A DNA stretch of 63,998 nucleotides, the filler included, from Stramenopiles sp. TOSAG23-3 (taxonomy: Eukaryota): assembly GCA_900128585.1 (NCBI GenBank). It is 3 parts of 3 records of this genome, joined end to end, with 100 filler letters (N's around TTAATTAATTAA, not from the genome) between each part and the next. Parts side by side here need not be neighbours in the genome. Positions count along the whole stretch, not along the records: positions 21,971 to 43,749 come from LT642349.1; positions 43,850 to 63,998 come from LT642382.1; 1 more part is not named here. The stretch is one strand, 5' to 3'. The position numbers and the translations under genes were made by a program. Of this stretch, positions 43,649 to 53,494 are shown piece by piece. The notes beneath the pieces were generated by a model, which saw only the letters and a program-made list of their open reading frames with translations, did not search any database and was not told the DNA's origin. The stretch's first letter is position 1. Every line of letters begins with the position of its first letter.

Positions 43649-43749
43649 CAATATAATTTTTCAAGTTTTATTACAAGACAGACAACGAGCACCTCAAAAA
43701 CAATTAAGCCGCTGCTTGGAAGATCGTACAAGGATTGATTTATCTCTGA

Positions 43750-43849
43750 NNNNNNNNNNNNNNNNNNNNNNNNNNNNNNNNNNNNNNNNNNNNTTAATTA
43801 ATTAANNNNNNNNNNNNNNNNNNNNNNNNNNNNNNNNNNNNNNNNNNNN
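43750..43849. other. Artificial contig linker
   Basis: 44 N + TTAATTAATTAA + 44 N. Confidence 0.95.
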
Positions 43850-44549
43850 TTCTTTGAATGGACAAAACATACAACTGGGGGAAAGGTTACAAAATTAAAA
43901 ACGGAAAATTGGCCCTGTTATTTAAAAAGCAAGAGATAAAATTAAACATAAAATATATCTATTCATATAGACACCTGTATTTATAATACTAATTCATATT
44001 ACGTGCCATCACTCATCACTGTGAACTCTGATGCTTCGACATTATAATATTTAGCTCAGCAGCCGGAAGGCTTTCATAGCGCCAGTGTGAACAAGACTCT
44101 ACTAATAATTAGTGTCTATAATAAGTATAGTAATCTTATATTCTAATTTATATAAATAATGTCTTCTTCTCCCTCTATTCTCTATGTACTTTTCTTTAAT
44201 TATTATATATTACGTATAATTCGCTGATTGAATTCTCCGCCAGAAGAAGAGAGAAGAGGGGAGGAAGAGTAGTATTACCACAAACTTCTTCTTTTTTTTT
44301 TTTATTAATAATAATAAATAATAAAAGGTATTCTTTTATTAATAATTTGTTGTTCGGGGTTCTTCTTCTTTATTGTTCGTTGTAGGTAGTATAGAGGATG
44401 ATAGTAACTTTATATCTAACCTCTATTTGAAATATCAAGCTGCTCTTGTACTCGAGAAGATGACAACAATTATTCTATTGCAACGTCGGAATTTCGTATT
44501 ATAATTATTCAGTGTGGTACTGTACATAACACACGCAGAGGAGAGGGCA

Positions 44550-45368
44550 ATGTCCTCGGGGTCGAGCTCCTCTTCTGATGACGAGGAGTGGGGCAGTGTG
44601 AATTTTACACCACTTTTCGGCGGCGCCCTTCCTTATGGCGCCTACGTCGTTAATGATCAGCGCAGCATAAAAATAGAGACGGCAAATTTCCACGATGTCC
44701 CCTCAAATTTGTTTGCGACAGACATTTGGGGGGGCGCGCTGGCGGCAGCCGACTATTTTAAAGAGAACCGGGGCACCATTGTAAATAAAACTGTTATCGA
44801 GTTCGGAGCGGCGGGGAGCCTGCCGAGCTTGGTTGCGTTAGCCTTAGGGGCTCATTTTTTATGCTGCACAGACTACCCCAACGATGCACTGATAAAATCG
44901 ATCAACAAACAGTTCGATTCTAACGGATTTTCTGAAGCGAGGGGCAAGAGCTTTGAGTGCAAGGGGCACCTTTGGGGATCGGATACAAAACAACTTCTTG
45001 ACTTGATACAGACAAACAACGACACGGAGAAACGGTTTTACGACGTTGTTATTTTGGCGGAGTTGCTGTGGAACGATACGTACCTGCAGCACGAAAGTTT
45101 GCTCACGTCCGTAGACTCTGTTCTAGCCCAAGACGGGTCTGTCTATGTTGCACACACACACCACAACGTAGGCGAAGAGCATTTGGACATGGAATTCTTC
45201 AAAAGAGCGTCTTCTCAATTTTCGTTTGATGTACGTACCGTAATGGTGAGGCATGATTTGGTGTACATTGATAGTTCGGAAGATGACGTTAGCCCAGTGT
45301 ATTTAAGGGTGATGACGAGGGCAAAGGGTGCAAAAGGGTCCATTTGCTTAGAGCCTGCCGCTACATAA
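44550..45368 (+). CDS. Methyltransf_16 family protein methyltransferase (EFM7/NNT1-like)
   Basis: LFATDIWGGALAAADY, NKTVIEFGAAGSLPSL, TDYP, GHLWG, YDVVILAELLW, HTHH. ATG at 44550. Confidence 0.88.
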   Translation: MSSGSSSSSDDEEWGSVNFTPLFGGALPYGAYVVNDQRSIKIETANFHDVPSNLFATDIWGGALAAADYFKENRGTIVNKTVIEFGAAGSLPSLVALALGAHFLCCTDYPNDALIKSINKQFDSNGFSEARGKSFECKGHLWGSDTKQLLDLIQTNNDTEKRFYDVVILAELLWNDTYLQHESLLTSVDSVLAQDGSVYVAHTHHNVGEEHLDMEFFKRASSQFSFDVRTVMVRHDLVYIDSSEDDVSPVYLRVMTRAKGAKGSICLEPAAT

Positions 45369-45418
45369 TCATTATTTGTGTTGCAATGGTAAAAATAAAT
45401 AAATTTTATATTGTATGA

Positions 45419-45462
45419 TATGTTTTAAGACTCTCATTTTAAATCAATTACTAATTGAGTTG
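45419..45462 (+). repeat. Dispersed repeat family B
   Basis: Contains the 26-mer identical to 16277-16302; similarity extends to the reverse complement of ~12102-12147. Confidence 0.75.
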
Positions 45463-45627
45463 CAATTTACAGAACTCGTTTTTTAACAAAAACTACGTTA
45501 AGAATTATGTGCGTGCAATTCTTTACGTTTATATAATTTGTTTTTTTAAAAACTTTCCCATAGAATACAAAGTCCTTAGAAAGGCTTCCCAGTATGATTG
45601 ATAGTAAAACAAGTTTGGCGGCCTCTT

Positions 45628-46320
45628 TCAATCAACCCTTCGCCCGTCACGACCGTAATACAAAATCTGAAACACCATCGTCGAGTTGATCGCCAAGGAG
45701 ATGCTCTGGGTACTAACCATCAGCACATCCCCAGCCAACTGCTTGAAAACCGTGTAGATTCGAATAAAGCTCCCGAGTGCGTTGAGCGCGGACGTAGATA
45801 GACTGAGCTCCCCAACAGCCTTCGCTTGGAAATTCTGGAGTACCTGGGGCAGTTTCCCGGTCAAACTCAAAAGGACGGTAACGGACTTCAACGTATTTAG
45901 CAACGACTTGCCAATTTTTTCCCCGAAAAAATTCTGCGCTCGACACAAAACGTAGCTTGACGCTGCTGCAAGAGTGCCAAACTGGGCCAGGCGAAGCAGG
46001 GACCCGCGTTGCTCAAAGTATAATATCTGCAAGCATATTGCTAATGTTCCCAACCCTTGAAATAAATTCTCTCCGTAAGCGGAAAAAGGGTGGCCTTCAT
46101 GGTACGAGTACGAGAACGCAAAAATATAGGACGCCAAATCTTGCAAATTCGTCAAAAAGTTTACCCCCTTCGCCGACCTTGCACGCTGAATTTGAACCAC
46201 TTGAGGAACTTTGTAAATCATAGCCCCAGTTATTACACAATACCCAAGCAACTCTGCTAGCCAAGGTTTCTTCGAGCCCGACCGTTTCCCCTGCTTCCCC
46301 AGTTCCCTTGACGAAGACAT
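45628..46320 (-). CDS. MPDU1: Mannose-P-dolichol utilization defect 1 (PQ-loop) protein
   Basis: LGYCVITGAMIYKVPQVVQI..ARSAKGV, PFSAYGE, KLPQVLQNF...VGELS, GSFIRIYT. ATG at 46320. Confidence 0.88.
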   Translation of the reverse strand: MSSSRELGKQGKRSGSKKPWLAELLGYCVITGAMIYKVPQVVQIQRARSAKGVNFLTNLQDLASYIFAFSYSYHEGHPFSAYGENLFQGLGTLAICLQILYFEQRGSLLRLAQFGTLAAASSYVLCRAQNFFGEKIGKSLLNTLKSVTVLLSLTGKLPQVLQNFQAKAVGELSLSTSALNALGSFIRIYTVFKQLAGDVLMVSTQSISLAINSTMVFQILYYGRDGRRVD

Positions 46321-47000
46321 GGTAACCCTATTTACAAAATTTCGCAAAGGAATAGAATGAACTATCTTTTGCGTTCAGTCTATTAACGACAGTTGGGGCA
46401 AAATATTATAGAGAGTGAATGGCAAAATAAAGCCAAAGAAAGAAAGTACGATTAGAGTAAAGCAAAAGAAAGAAAACGAACTATTGTCGTAATAAGAATT
46501 AAAGAAAACGATGAAAAATCGAAATCGATTAATTTTGATGCTTCTTTGACATGTTTCTCTCGGGAAGCTGGTGTGCGGTGTAAGAAATAATAGTATTAGA
46601 AGAAAAAAAGAAGATACATGTATATTGCTAGGGAGGAGGAGGAGGATTCCTTATTTTCATCACGACATAATATGATGATCAAAATATCTCATGATCAACA
46701 ACAAAAAACAAACAAAAACAAACAAACAAAAAAGAAGAAGAGATTTTGATGAAAGAAGAAAAGAGTTTTTTGTTGTTGTTCTTTTTTTTCATTCTTCTTC
46801 AATGTTTTTTCGTTGTTTTTGGTTCTTCTTTCAAGACTTTTTTTGTTTCATTTGAGATCGATTGTCTTCGAAAACGGAGAACTCTTGGACGGTTTTGTTC
46901 ACATCCGGTTGGGGTACACACAACGTCTTCCCCGCTGCCAAGTGGGTCGTTCGTTCGTTGCTTTGCTCGCGCATTGTGGTTGGCGTCGGAGGGTTGTACT

Positions 47001-48674
47001 ATGGAACCGTTCGGTGCCGATGGGGACGAGGAATCTTCGATTATCGAATTGTTCTTGCATGGGCAGGGCTGCGAAAACGAGGGGGATACGGAAAGCGCTG
47101 CGTCCGTGTACGAGCACATTGTCGAAAACTACGCCGGGCAGATTGGCTTACCGTACTTGCACGTCCACGGGGAGTCGTCGGAGGAAGACGACGTGCCGCC
47201 GGCACTGGTCTACAGCTGCACGCTTAATAGTCTCGGGGGGCTCTATTTGGACATAGAAATGTTGGACAAGGCAAAGGAGTTGTTTGAAAAATCGACCAAA
47301 GCGTGGCCAAGGAATGCAATGGCGATTCTGAACATCGCAAACATGGAGCGGGAGTGTGGCGATTTCCACGCCGCCCTTCGTTTGTACGAGGCCATAATCG
47401 ACAACGCCCCGTCCGCAGAGGAGGTGACCCGGATCGAGGGGAGCGACAACGGTACGCTTGGGTGGGAACGGACTTACATCTACGGGCCCTTGCGGCAGTG
47501 CCTGGAGCAGGCCCATTACTTGTGCGCCCTCGGCTTGCACCAGGTAGGCCAGTACCGCAAAGCACTGCAATTTGTCAAGATGTTTAATGTGAGATATCGG
47601 ATCCACCCGCACGTGTGGGACGCCGCGAACCGAGGCGGCCAAGGTGCCGAGTGTGTCGAGGGGACAGAGGAAACAAAGGCAAGGCGGCCCTGCAAAGGAA
47701 CGCCCCCCGAATTGTACGCTAGAGCAGTCCCGCCGAAGCTGAAGCTGGAATTGTGCAGCATATTTGCAAAGAATTCGCAGTTTTGGGCGGAAACAGACTA
47801 CCACGAGCGAGGGTACTATTCTTTTTGGTACGATTTAAGCGAGCCCCCAAGCAACACAGTAGAGGATTTTATCCGGCATTTTTTACCACTCGTTGAGAAG
47901 CGCGCTGGAGCAAAGATCGTCGGTGCAGAGTGGTGGGTGCACTCACGCCCAATTGGTCGAAATTTGGGCCACCAGTTGCACCTGGACACAGAGGAGAATA
48001 CACTAGAAGCGTCCCACGAGATAGTCCACCCGAAAGTTAGCTCGGTGACGTACTTGTCGCCACCGGTAGACGGGGGAGGTTCCACCGTCGTGTTTGACCA
48101 GCGCCTAGGCGACGACGAGGCGAGCCACGCCTACATTGTAAAACCCTGTGAATCGGGCTTCATGATGTTCGACGGCGACAAAATCCACGGCGTCCTCCCC
48201 AGCTCGCCCAGCGCCTTCCCGATAGCTGGGTCGAAGAGGCAACGAACCCAAGGGGTCAAAGGAAAACTTCACAGGAAAGTTGAACAGCCGCATCGCCTAA
48301 CGCTTATGGTCGGTTGGTGGAACAAAGACGTCCGAAAAGTCGGAAAGCGGACCTTGCTGGGCCCATGCGGACCCGTGCCAAGCAGGCCTACTCGAAACTG
48401 CAAATGGCCAGGGCTCCTTCAGAGCCCGTACCATTTTCTTGGGGCAGACGAGAAACGGGAAGATTCGTTGAAAGCGGAACAGTCGCGAGCGGCCGTCCCC
48501 ATCAACGTCGCAAGCCCTGCCTGGGAAAAAATTCCAGGGAACGACGACGCGAGAACTACTACCCGCAAGACGCTTGATATCCCTACGGCGGTAGACCAAC
48601 GGTTCTTTTTGAATGATTTTGAAGAGTTCAGAGTTCACCTTTTGGAACGAGCGTTAGGGAATCAAGGTAAGTAG
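47001..48674 (+). CDS. TPR-repeat protein fused to a 2OG-Fe(II) oxygenase-like domain
   Basis: TPRs LNSLGGLY...AKELFEKS and AILNIANME...ALRLYE; oxygenase motifs GAEWWVH, HQLHLDT (HxD), SSVTYL, FDGDKIHGV, RLTLMVGWW. ATG at 47001. Confidence 0.8.
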   Translation: MEPFGADGDEESSIIELFLHGQGCENEGDTESAASVYEHIVENYAGQIGLPYLHVHGESSEEDDVPPALVYSCTLNSLGGLYLDIEMLDKAKELFEKSTKAWPRNAMAILNIANMERECGDFHAALRLYEAIIDNAPSAEEVTRIEGSDNGTLGWERTYIYGPLRQCLEQAHYLCALGLHQVGQYRKALQFVKMFNVRYRIHPHVWDAANRGGQGAECVEGTEETKARRPCKGTPPELYARAVPPKLKLELCSIFAKNSQFWAETDYHERGYYSFWYDLSEPPSNTVEDFIRHFLPLVEKRAGAKIVGAEWWVHSRPIGRNLGHQLHLDTEENTLEASHEIVHPKVSSVTYLSPPVDGGGSTVVFDQRLGDDEASHAYIVKPCESGFMMFDGDKIHGVLPSSPSAFPIAGSKRQRTQGVKGKLHRKVEQPHRLTLMVGWWNKDVRKVGKRTLLGPCGPVPSRPTRNCKWPGLLQSPYHFLGADEKREDSLKAEQSRAAVPINVASPAWEKIPGNDDARTTTRKTLDIPTAVDQRFFLNDFEEFRVHLLERALGNQGK

Positions 48675-49492
48675 GTACGAAAAACAAAGTTAGCTTAATA
48701 TGACTTCGCTTACGTATAGCTAATAGTTCAATATATACGCGTCCAATTTTACCCACTTCTTCTTCCTCCTCCTCCTTCGTTTCCTCTCTCCTCGTTTTGT
48801 CGTCGTTGTTTTTATTTTCTTTCAAAAAGTGTGATGATGTGTCAATATAGATTAATATTATTAATAAGATAAACACAGCATATAAATTGTTATTTATATT
48901 TTATCTTTTCTTTCTTCTTCTTTCTCTTCTTCTTCTTCTTCTTCTTCTTCTTTCTCCAAAAAATAAAAAATAAAAAAAGAAGAAGAAGTTGTTTTTTTGC
49001 TTCTTCGAATATTCGAATTAAATAAAAATTAATAATAATAATAATAATAAAAAATATGAAGAAGAAGAAGGAAAAGAAGAAGAAGAACGAGAACGAAGAA
49101 AAGAAGAAGAAGAAGAGAAAAAAAACAAAGAAGGCAACTATCTACCAAGGTATAATGATGTAAACTATAATTTAATAGCCAAAGTATGCGCGTTTTCTTG
49201 TATTATTTGTTTGTTTGTTTGTGTTGTTGTTGAGCCGTGAGATATACAGTTTGGTAATTCTATATTATTCCTTACAGCTTAAGTGTGCGCGTGCACTGTG
49301 AGTATTTGTATTTTTCGGGGGGCACGACGTACACGATTTTTCGTCTGCACGTAGCGGTCGCAACTTTTCTACGCAATAGTTCGTTCTCCTAATACAGTGC
49401 ACCCCTCGTCGAAGCGTCTTTCGTATACATACTCTACTAAATAATTTTGAAAGTTAGAGAAGCTATATAAAAGAGAAGGTTTGGCGTATATA

Positions 49493-50569
49493 ATGGGGCA
49501 AAAGGAAGCGATAGAAGAAAGAAAAGGCTTAGAGGTTGAGGTATTAGACGAAACAACGAGTCAGGAAAAAGATGTAACAGTCATTGTGGTGCCACAGCAT
49601 TCGGAGTCGATGTCAGTCAGGCCCGAGCCACTTGGAAAAGGCACTCATGCCGCCGACAGTAGAACCAACTGCGGGGTGAGCCTCATTCAGCTAAAGTTCG
49701 TGAACTTGGTTGGTTTCATTGTCGTTATATTGTTTAACTACACGAGCAGCGCGGGGTACTTTTCCTCCTATGGGATTGGTACGGTTTCACGCATGAATCC
49801 TACCAAGATATCCCCAGCAGGCGGGGCTTTCGCAATCTGGGCGTATATTTATATTCTTCAAGCCTTCTTTGTCGTGTATCAGTTCGTTTGGCCAAAGGAA
49901 GACGAGGCCCTGCTCCTCCACGGCGTAGGCTTTTGGTACCTGGGCACTTGCCTGTGCAACTCCTTTTGGATAGTCGCTTTTGTCCAGGGTAATGCTGCGG
50001 CCCTTTGGTGTTCCATGTTTATAATATTTGGCCTGCTCGCGTCCATCTGCAAGGTATACATGAACGCATCTTGCTGGAGGAGGACCCGGCCGGGTGGGGT
50101 CTTTCAGTTCTTGGCGCTGGACGTTCACTTCTCTCTATATGGTGGGTGGGTTACCGTTGCGTCGATAGTGAACACCTCCATCGCCATAAATACTGCATGG
50201 GGTGCAGACCCCGCCACCGCTAGTGCTTGCAGCGTCATCATGCTCGTGGTCGCTTTGGTGCTGAACACGATCATCGCCGTGACTCGCCGAGACTGCGTTT
50301 GGCCCGGGGTGTTGGCGTGGGCATCGAACTTCATATCTGCCGCCCACCAGGATGATACCGCCGTTTCCACTTGCGCCCTAGTTGTTTGTATATTAATTGG
50401 AATCGTCTCTGCAGGGGTTGGGGTGCATAATATTTTCATGTTATTCAGAGGTAGGAATGCAACCAGAGACGAAAACACGGAGGGGGCCACAGGGGGAAAA
50501 TTCCCGACGAGCACTGCTGGACTTTTAGAAACGCGCGTTGCTGTGCCAAGTGAAACGAGCGGCAAGTGA
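49493..50569 (+). CDS. Multi-pass membrane protein, tryptophan-rich sensory/TspO-like (ISPA-AFAIW family)
   Basis: PTKISPAGGAFAIWAYIY, NSFWIVAF, FSLYGGWVTVASIVN, VLAWA; about 8 hydrophobic segments. Confidence 0.75.
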   Translation: MGQKEAIEERKGLEVEVLDETTSQEKDVTVIVVPQHSESMSVRPEPLGKGTHAADSRTNCGVSLIQLKFVNLVGFIVVILFNYTSSAGYFSSYGIGTVSRMNPTKISPAGGAFAIWAYIYILQAFFVVYQFVWPKEDEALLLHGVGFWYLGTCLCNSFWIVAFVQGNAAALWCSMFIIFGLLASICKVYMNASCWRRTRPGGVFQFLALDVHFSLYGGWVTVASIVNTSIAINTAWGADPATASACSVIMLVVALVLNTIIAVTRRDCVWPGVLAWASNFISAAHQDDTAVSTCALVVCILIGIVSAGVGVHNIFMLFRGRNATRDENTEGATGGKFPTSTAGLLETRVAVPSETSGK

Positions 50570-50703
50570 TTTGTGAGGGCAGATGCTCTGCGAAATTTCA
50601 ATCTACAATTTAATATACGAAGTAATTAAAGAACAAAATATTGATTGTTTAAATAAGAAATTCTTAATTTGCTGTGATTTCGTGAAGATTTTCTTTTTAC
50701 CAA

Positions 50704-51927
50704 CTACAAGTTGCACTTGGATCCGTGGTGATGGCGGGGTTCCTGTTTATTACTTTCATTGTTTGATGCTTCAATAGCGCGTGCAATGACATCAAACTTA
50801 GTTTTGTAAGAGAACGGCGTACGATGAAGACCTTTTTTTGAATTTTCAGCGCGAACGTGTTCCTCAAACGAATCGTTCAGCCCTGTGATCAATCTCGCTG
50901 TTCCGTGCTCAAAATTCCCCAAAAAAAACGAGTCGTGGTCCGAAGGGGTTGCACCACAGTTAACAAAAGGCATCCCCTCCTTTTGGAAGCACGTCAGGGG
51001 GTAATCATTCCCTGTCGGGCAATCCCCGACTCCCAAAGCTTGTTCGATTGAGAAATCAACGCTGTCATTCTCATGCAGCCACCTGATTGCGGTCCCTTTG
51101 TCGATGGCCTGGTTAGACAGGCACACAGAGTTGGGCGCTGCCGATGCTAAGATGCCCAGCGATTCGAAAGTTTCGCGGTATTTGGAAAGGTACGGACCAG
51201 ACACCGATTTTGGGAACCCTAGGACAAAAAGATTGGTATACCTAGGGATCTTGCCGTGCATACCAACGTCTTTCTTTCGCACCCACTGGCTAGCTGGCCC
51301 GGCCTGGTTCATCCACACCAAAGACCCCCGTTTCAATAGTTTCGACATGCTTAGCATGTTGCCTTCCGTCAACGCTGCCCTCAGCTGTTCCTCCGTCGGG
51401 TTCTCGTGCAAGATACGCTGATACTCTTCCCGCCTTCGCCCATCGAGCGACGACAGAAGCGATGGGTTCTTTTGTGCGTCAAGAAAAAAATCCCGCAGCA
51501 TGGAGCATCCAAGTGCAGTCGCCTGGTCAGGGTTCGGCAGGCCGCCTTTTACTTCCTTCCAGTATTCTACCAGTTCGTCCACCCCACCATTTTCGTTACC
51601 TCGAAATAATGTCGCCCCACCGGCAGTGCTAAGCAAGACCTGCCCGTTCGTTCTATACTCCACGTCTATCTCGTCCCAAAAATGCGTGAATGGCCGGTAC
51701 CCATCGTCGGATGTCACGCACAAAAGGTTCCCTCCTAAACGCAACCATCGCATCAGTGGACCGTAACACGGCCCCTCCTTCAGCGTCGGGTACGCCCCCG
51801 GGCCTTTGTCTATCAGGGTGTTGTCCATGTCAGCAACTATCCAGGGAGCCTTCATCGTCGAGCAAGTACGCGAGTGTGGCCGGCTCCGTTTCAAGCCCGG
51901 AATCCTTGCGCGTACGCTACACCACAT
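50704..51927 (-). CDS. HAD-superfamily hydrolase (class II-like) with a possible organellar presequence
   Basis: Motif I IVADMDNTL; motif II VTS; DKGTAI; motif IV GVGD...GND; Arg/Ser-rich N-terminus. Confidence 0.8.
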   Translation of the reverse strand: MWCSVRARIPGLKRSRPHSRTCSTMKAPWIVADMDNTLIDKGPGAYPTLKEGPCYGPLMRWLRLGGNLLCVTSDDGYRPFTHFWDEIDVEYRTNGQVLLSTAGGATLFRGNENGGVDELVEYWKEVKGGLPNPDQATALGCSMLRDFFLDAQKNPSLLSSLDGRRREEYQRILHENPTEEQLRAALTEGNMLSMSKLLKRGSLVWMNQAGPASQWVRKKDVGMHGKIPRYTNLFVLGFPKSVSGPYLSKYRETFESLGILASAAPNSVCLSNQAIDKGTAIRWLHENDSVDFSIEQALGVGDCPTGNDYPLTCFQKEGMPFVNCGATPSDHDSFFLGNFEHGTARLITGLNDSFEEHVRAENSKKGLHRTPFSYKTKFDVIARAIEASNNESNKQEPRHHHGSKCNL

Positions 51928-52732
51928 TCATGTACTACACACACACACTGTACCAACACACTCCGTTATTATATTTTGCATAATAAATATGAAATTTTAC
52001 TTCCCTTAACATAATTAATCTATTTGAATTGTATATTATAAATATCTGCAATACAAGTTTTTAGGCATTGAAAATTTGAAAAGAAGCAGGGGGGGGGTAA
52101 TAATAATAATAGAGGAAAAAAGAATGAGGATTATTTGAGGATTATTGAGGAGGTCACAGATCAGAGATCAGATCAGATCACAGAAGAAATTTGTTCTTTT
52201 CTATTTAGTTATATTAATACCAAGTAAATACAAAATAAGCTAATTAAATAATTATTAGAATACATTAATATTGTACTATGAGTCCTTATTATCTCATATA
52301 TTTTCTTTTTTCTTTTAAAATTTAAAACTAATAAAAGAAAGAAAGAAGAAGAAATCAAATAGAAATAGAAAAGAAAGATCCAAGAAAAGAAGTCGATCGA
52401 TTGATCGATTGATTCGTATAAAAAGAGACTAAATGTCATATAAATTTATATATAGTAATAGCATATTAATAGGTCCTATATTATAGCTATATATCCTCGT
52501 ATACGAATGTTAGTCTGTCTCTCTATATAATCTTATTAAATTTGTATAACTTCTTCATTCATTCTATATAATATTATTATATAATAATTACTTAATTAAA
52601 TTCAAATAATTAATATATAATTAGAATAAATAAACAATAGATAATATAAATATATTACATTAATATGATATATTATAAATCAATGGATGTTAAGATATTA
52701 TGAAAAAAGGACAAAGTAAAGAAAGTAAAGTA

Positions 52733-52839
52733 AAGAAAGAAAAGAAAGTAAAGTATAAAGAAAGTAAAGAAAGTAAAGAAAGTAAAGTAATAAAGTAAAG
52801 AAAGTTAAGTATAAAGATGAAAGTAAAGTAAAGAAAGTA
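52733..52839. repeat. Degenerate (AAAGT/AAAGAAAGT)n satellite
   Basis: aaagtaaagaaagtaaagt arrays seen directly. Confidence 0.8.
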
Positions 52840-53494
52840 CTTCCAGATTATTATTTATAAATACTCCTGCTGTGTTCATATATTCCTATTCAATCATCAC
52901 TAAATCATACCAAGTTCGTATTAAATACTAAATCTCATTATTTGATTAATATCATTAATTCTTATATTTAAACAACAGGATCATACCATAGAGAAAGAAA
53001 GAGAAACTGATGAAGATGATGATGATGAAGGAATAATAATAAAATCTTCTTAGTCTGGAAAAAAGAAGAAATGTGATGCATATTCTATATAGATGAAACA
53101 TAATAAATTAGTTTAAGAATCAAACAGAACAAACGAGAAATATAGAGGAAAGCATAATAGTTTTCGATTGCACAAAGACCGTTTCGATTTCAAACTCCCT
53201 TGACGATATTCCCTACACCCCTGTCCTTTTACCCGTTCATACCCATAGTGTGCCCCAGCCCCATCAGCCGCCTTCAAACGCTGATTCGCAGCCCTCTCAC
53301 CACAGCCAGGACGCGAGCGTTTAGCCTCAAAGAGCTTCAGGGCATTCGAAGAGAATTCGTCCCCCGAACCCTTGACACTTGCTACACAAGATCCCTGTGC
53401 CATCACTACTCGTGCCGCCTACTTTCTCCAGCGCTAACCCCCGTCGGCGCTCAAGGCAGTGCTTTTAACGCGCCATCTCTGCGAAAGGAACACT

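Noticed and set aside
46746-47000. Phe-rich N-terminal extension of the TPR-oxygenase ORF
   Set aside because: Translation of T-rich low-complexity spacer; coding-like composition starts at ATG 47001.
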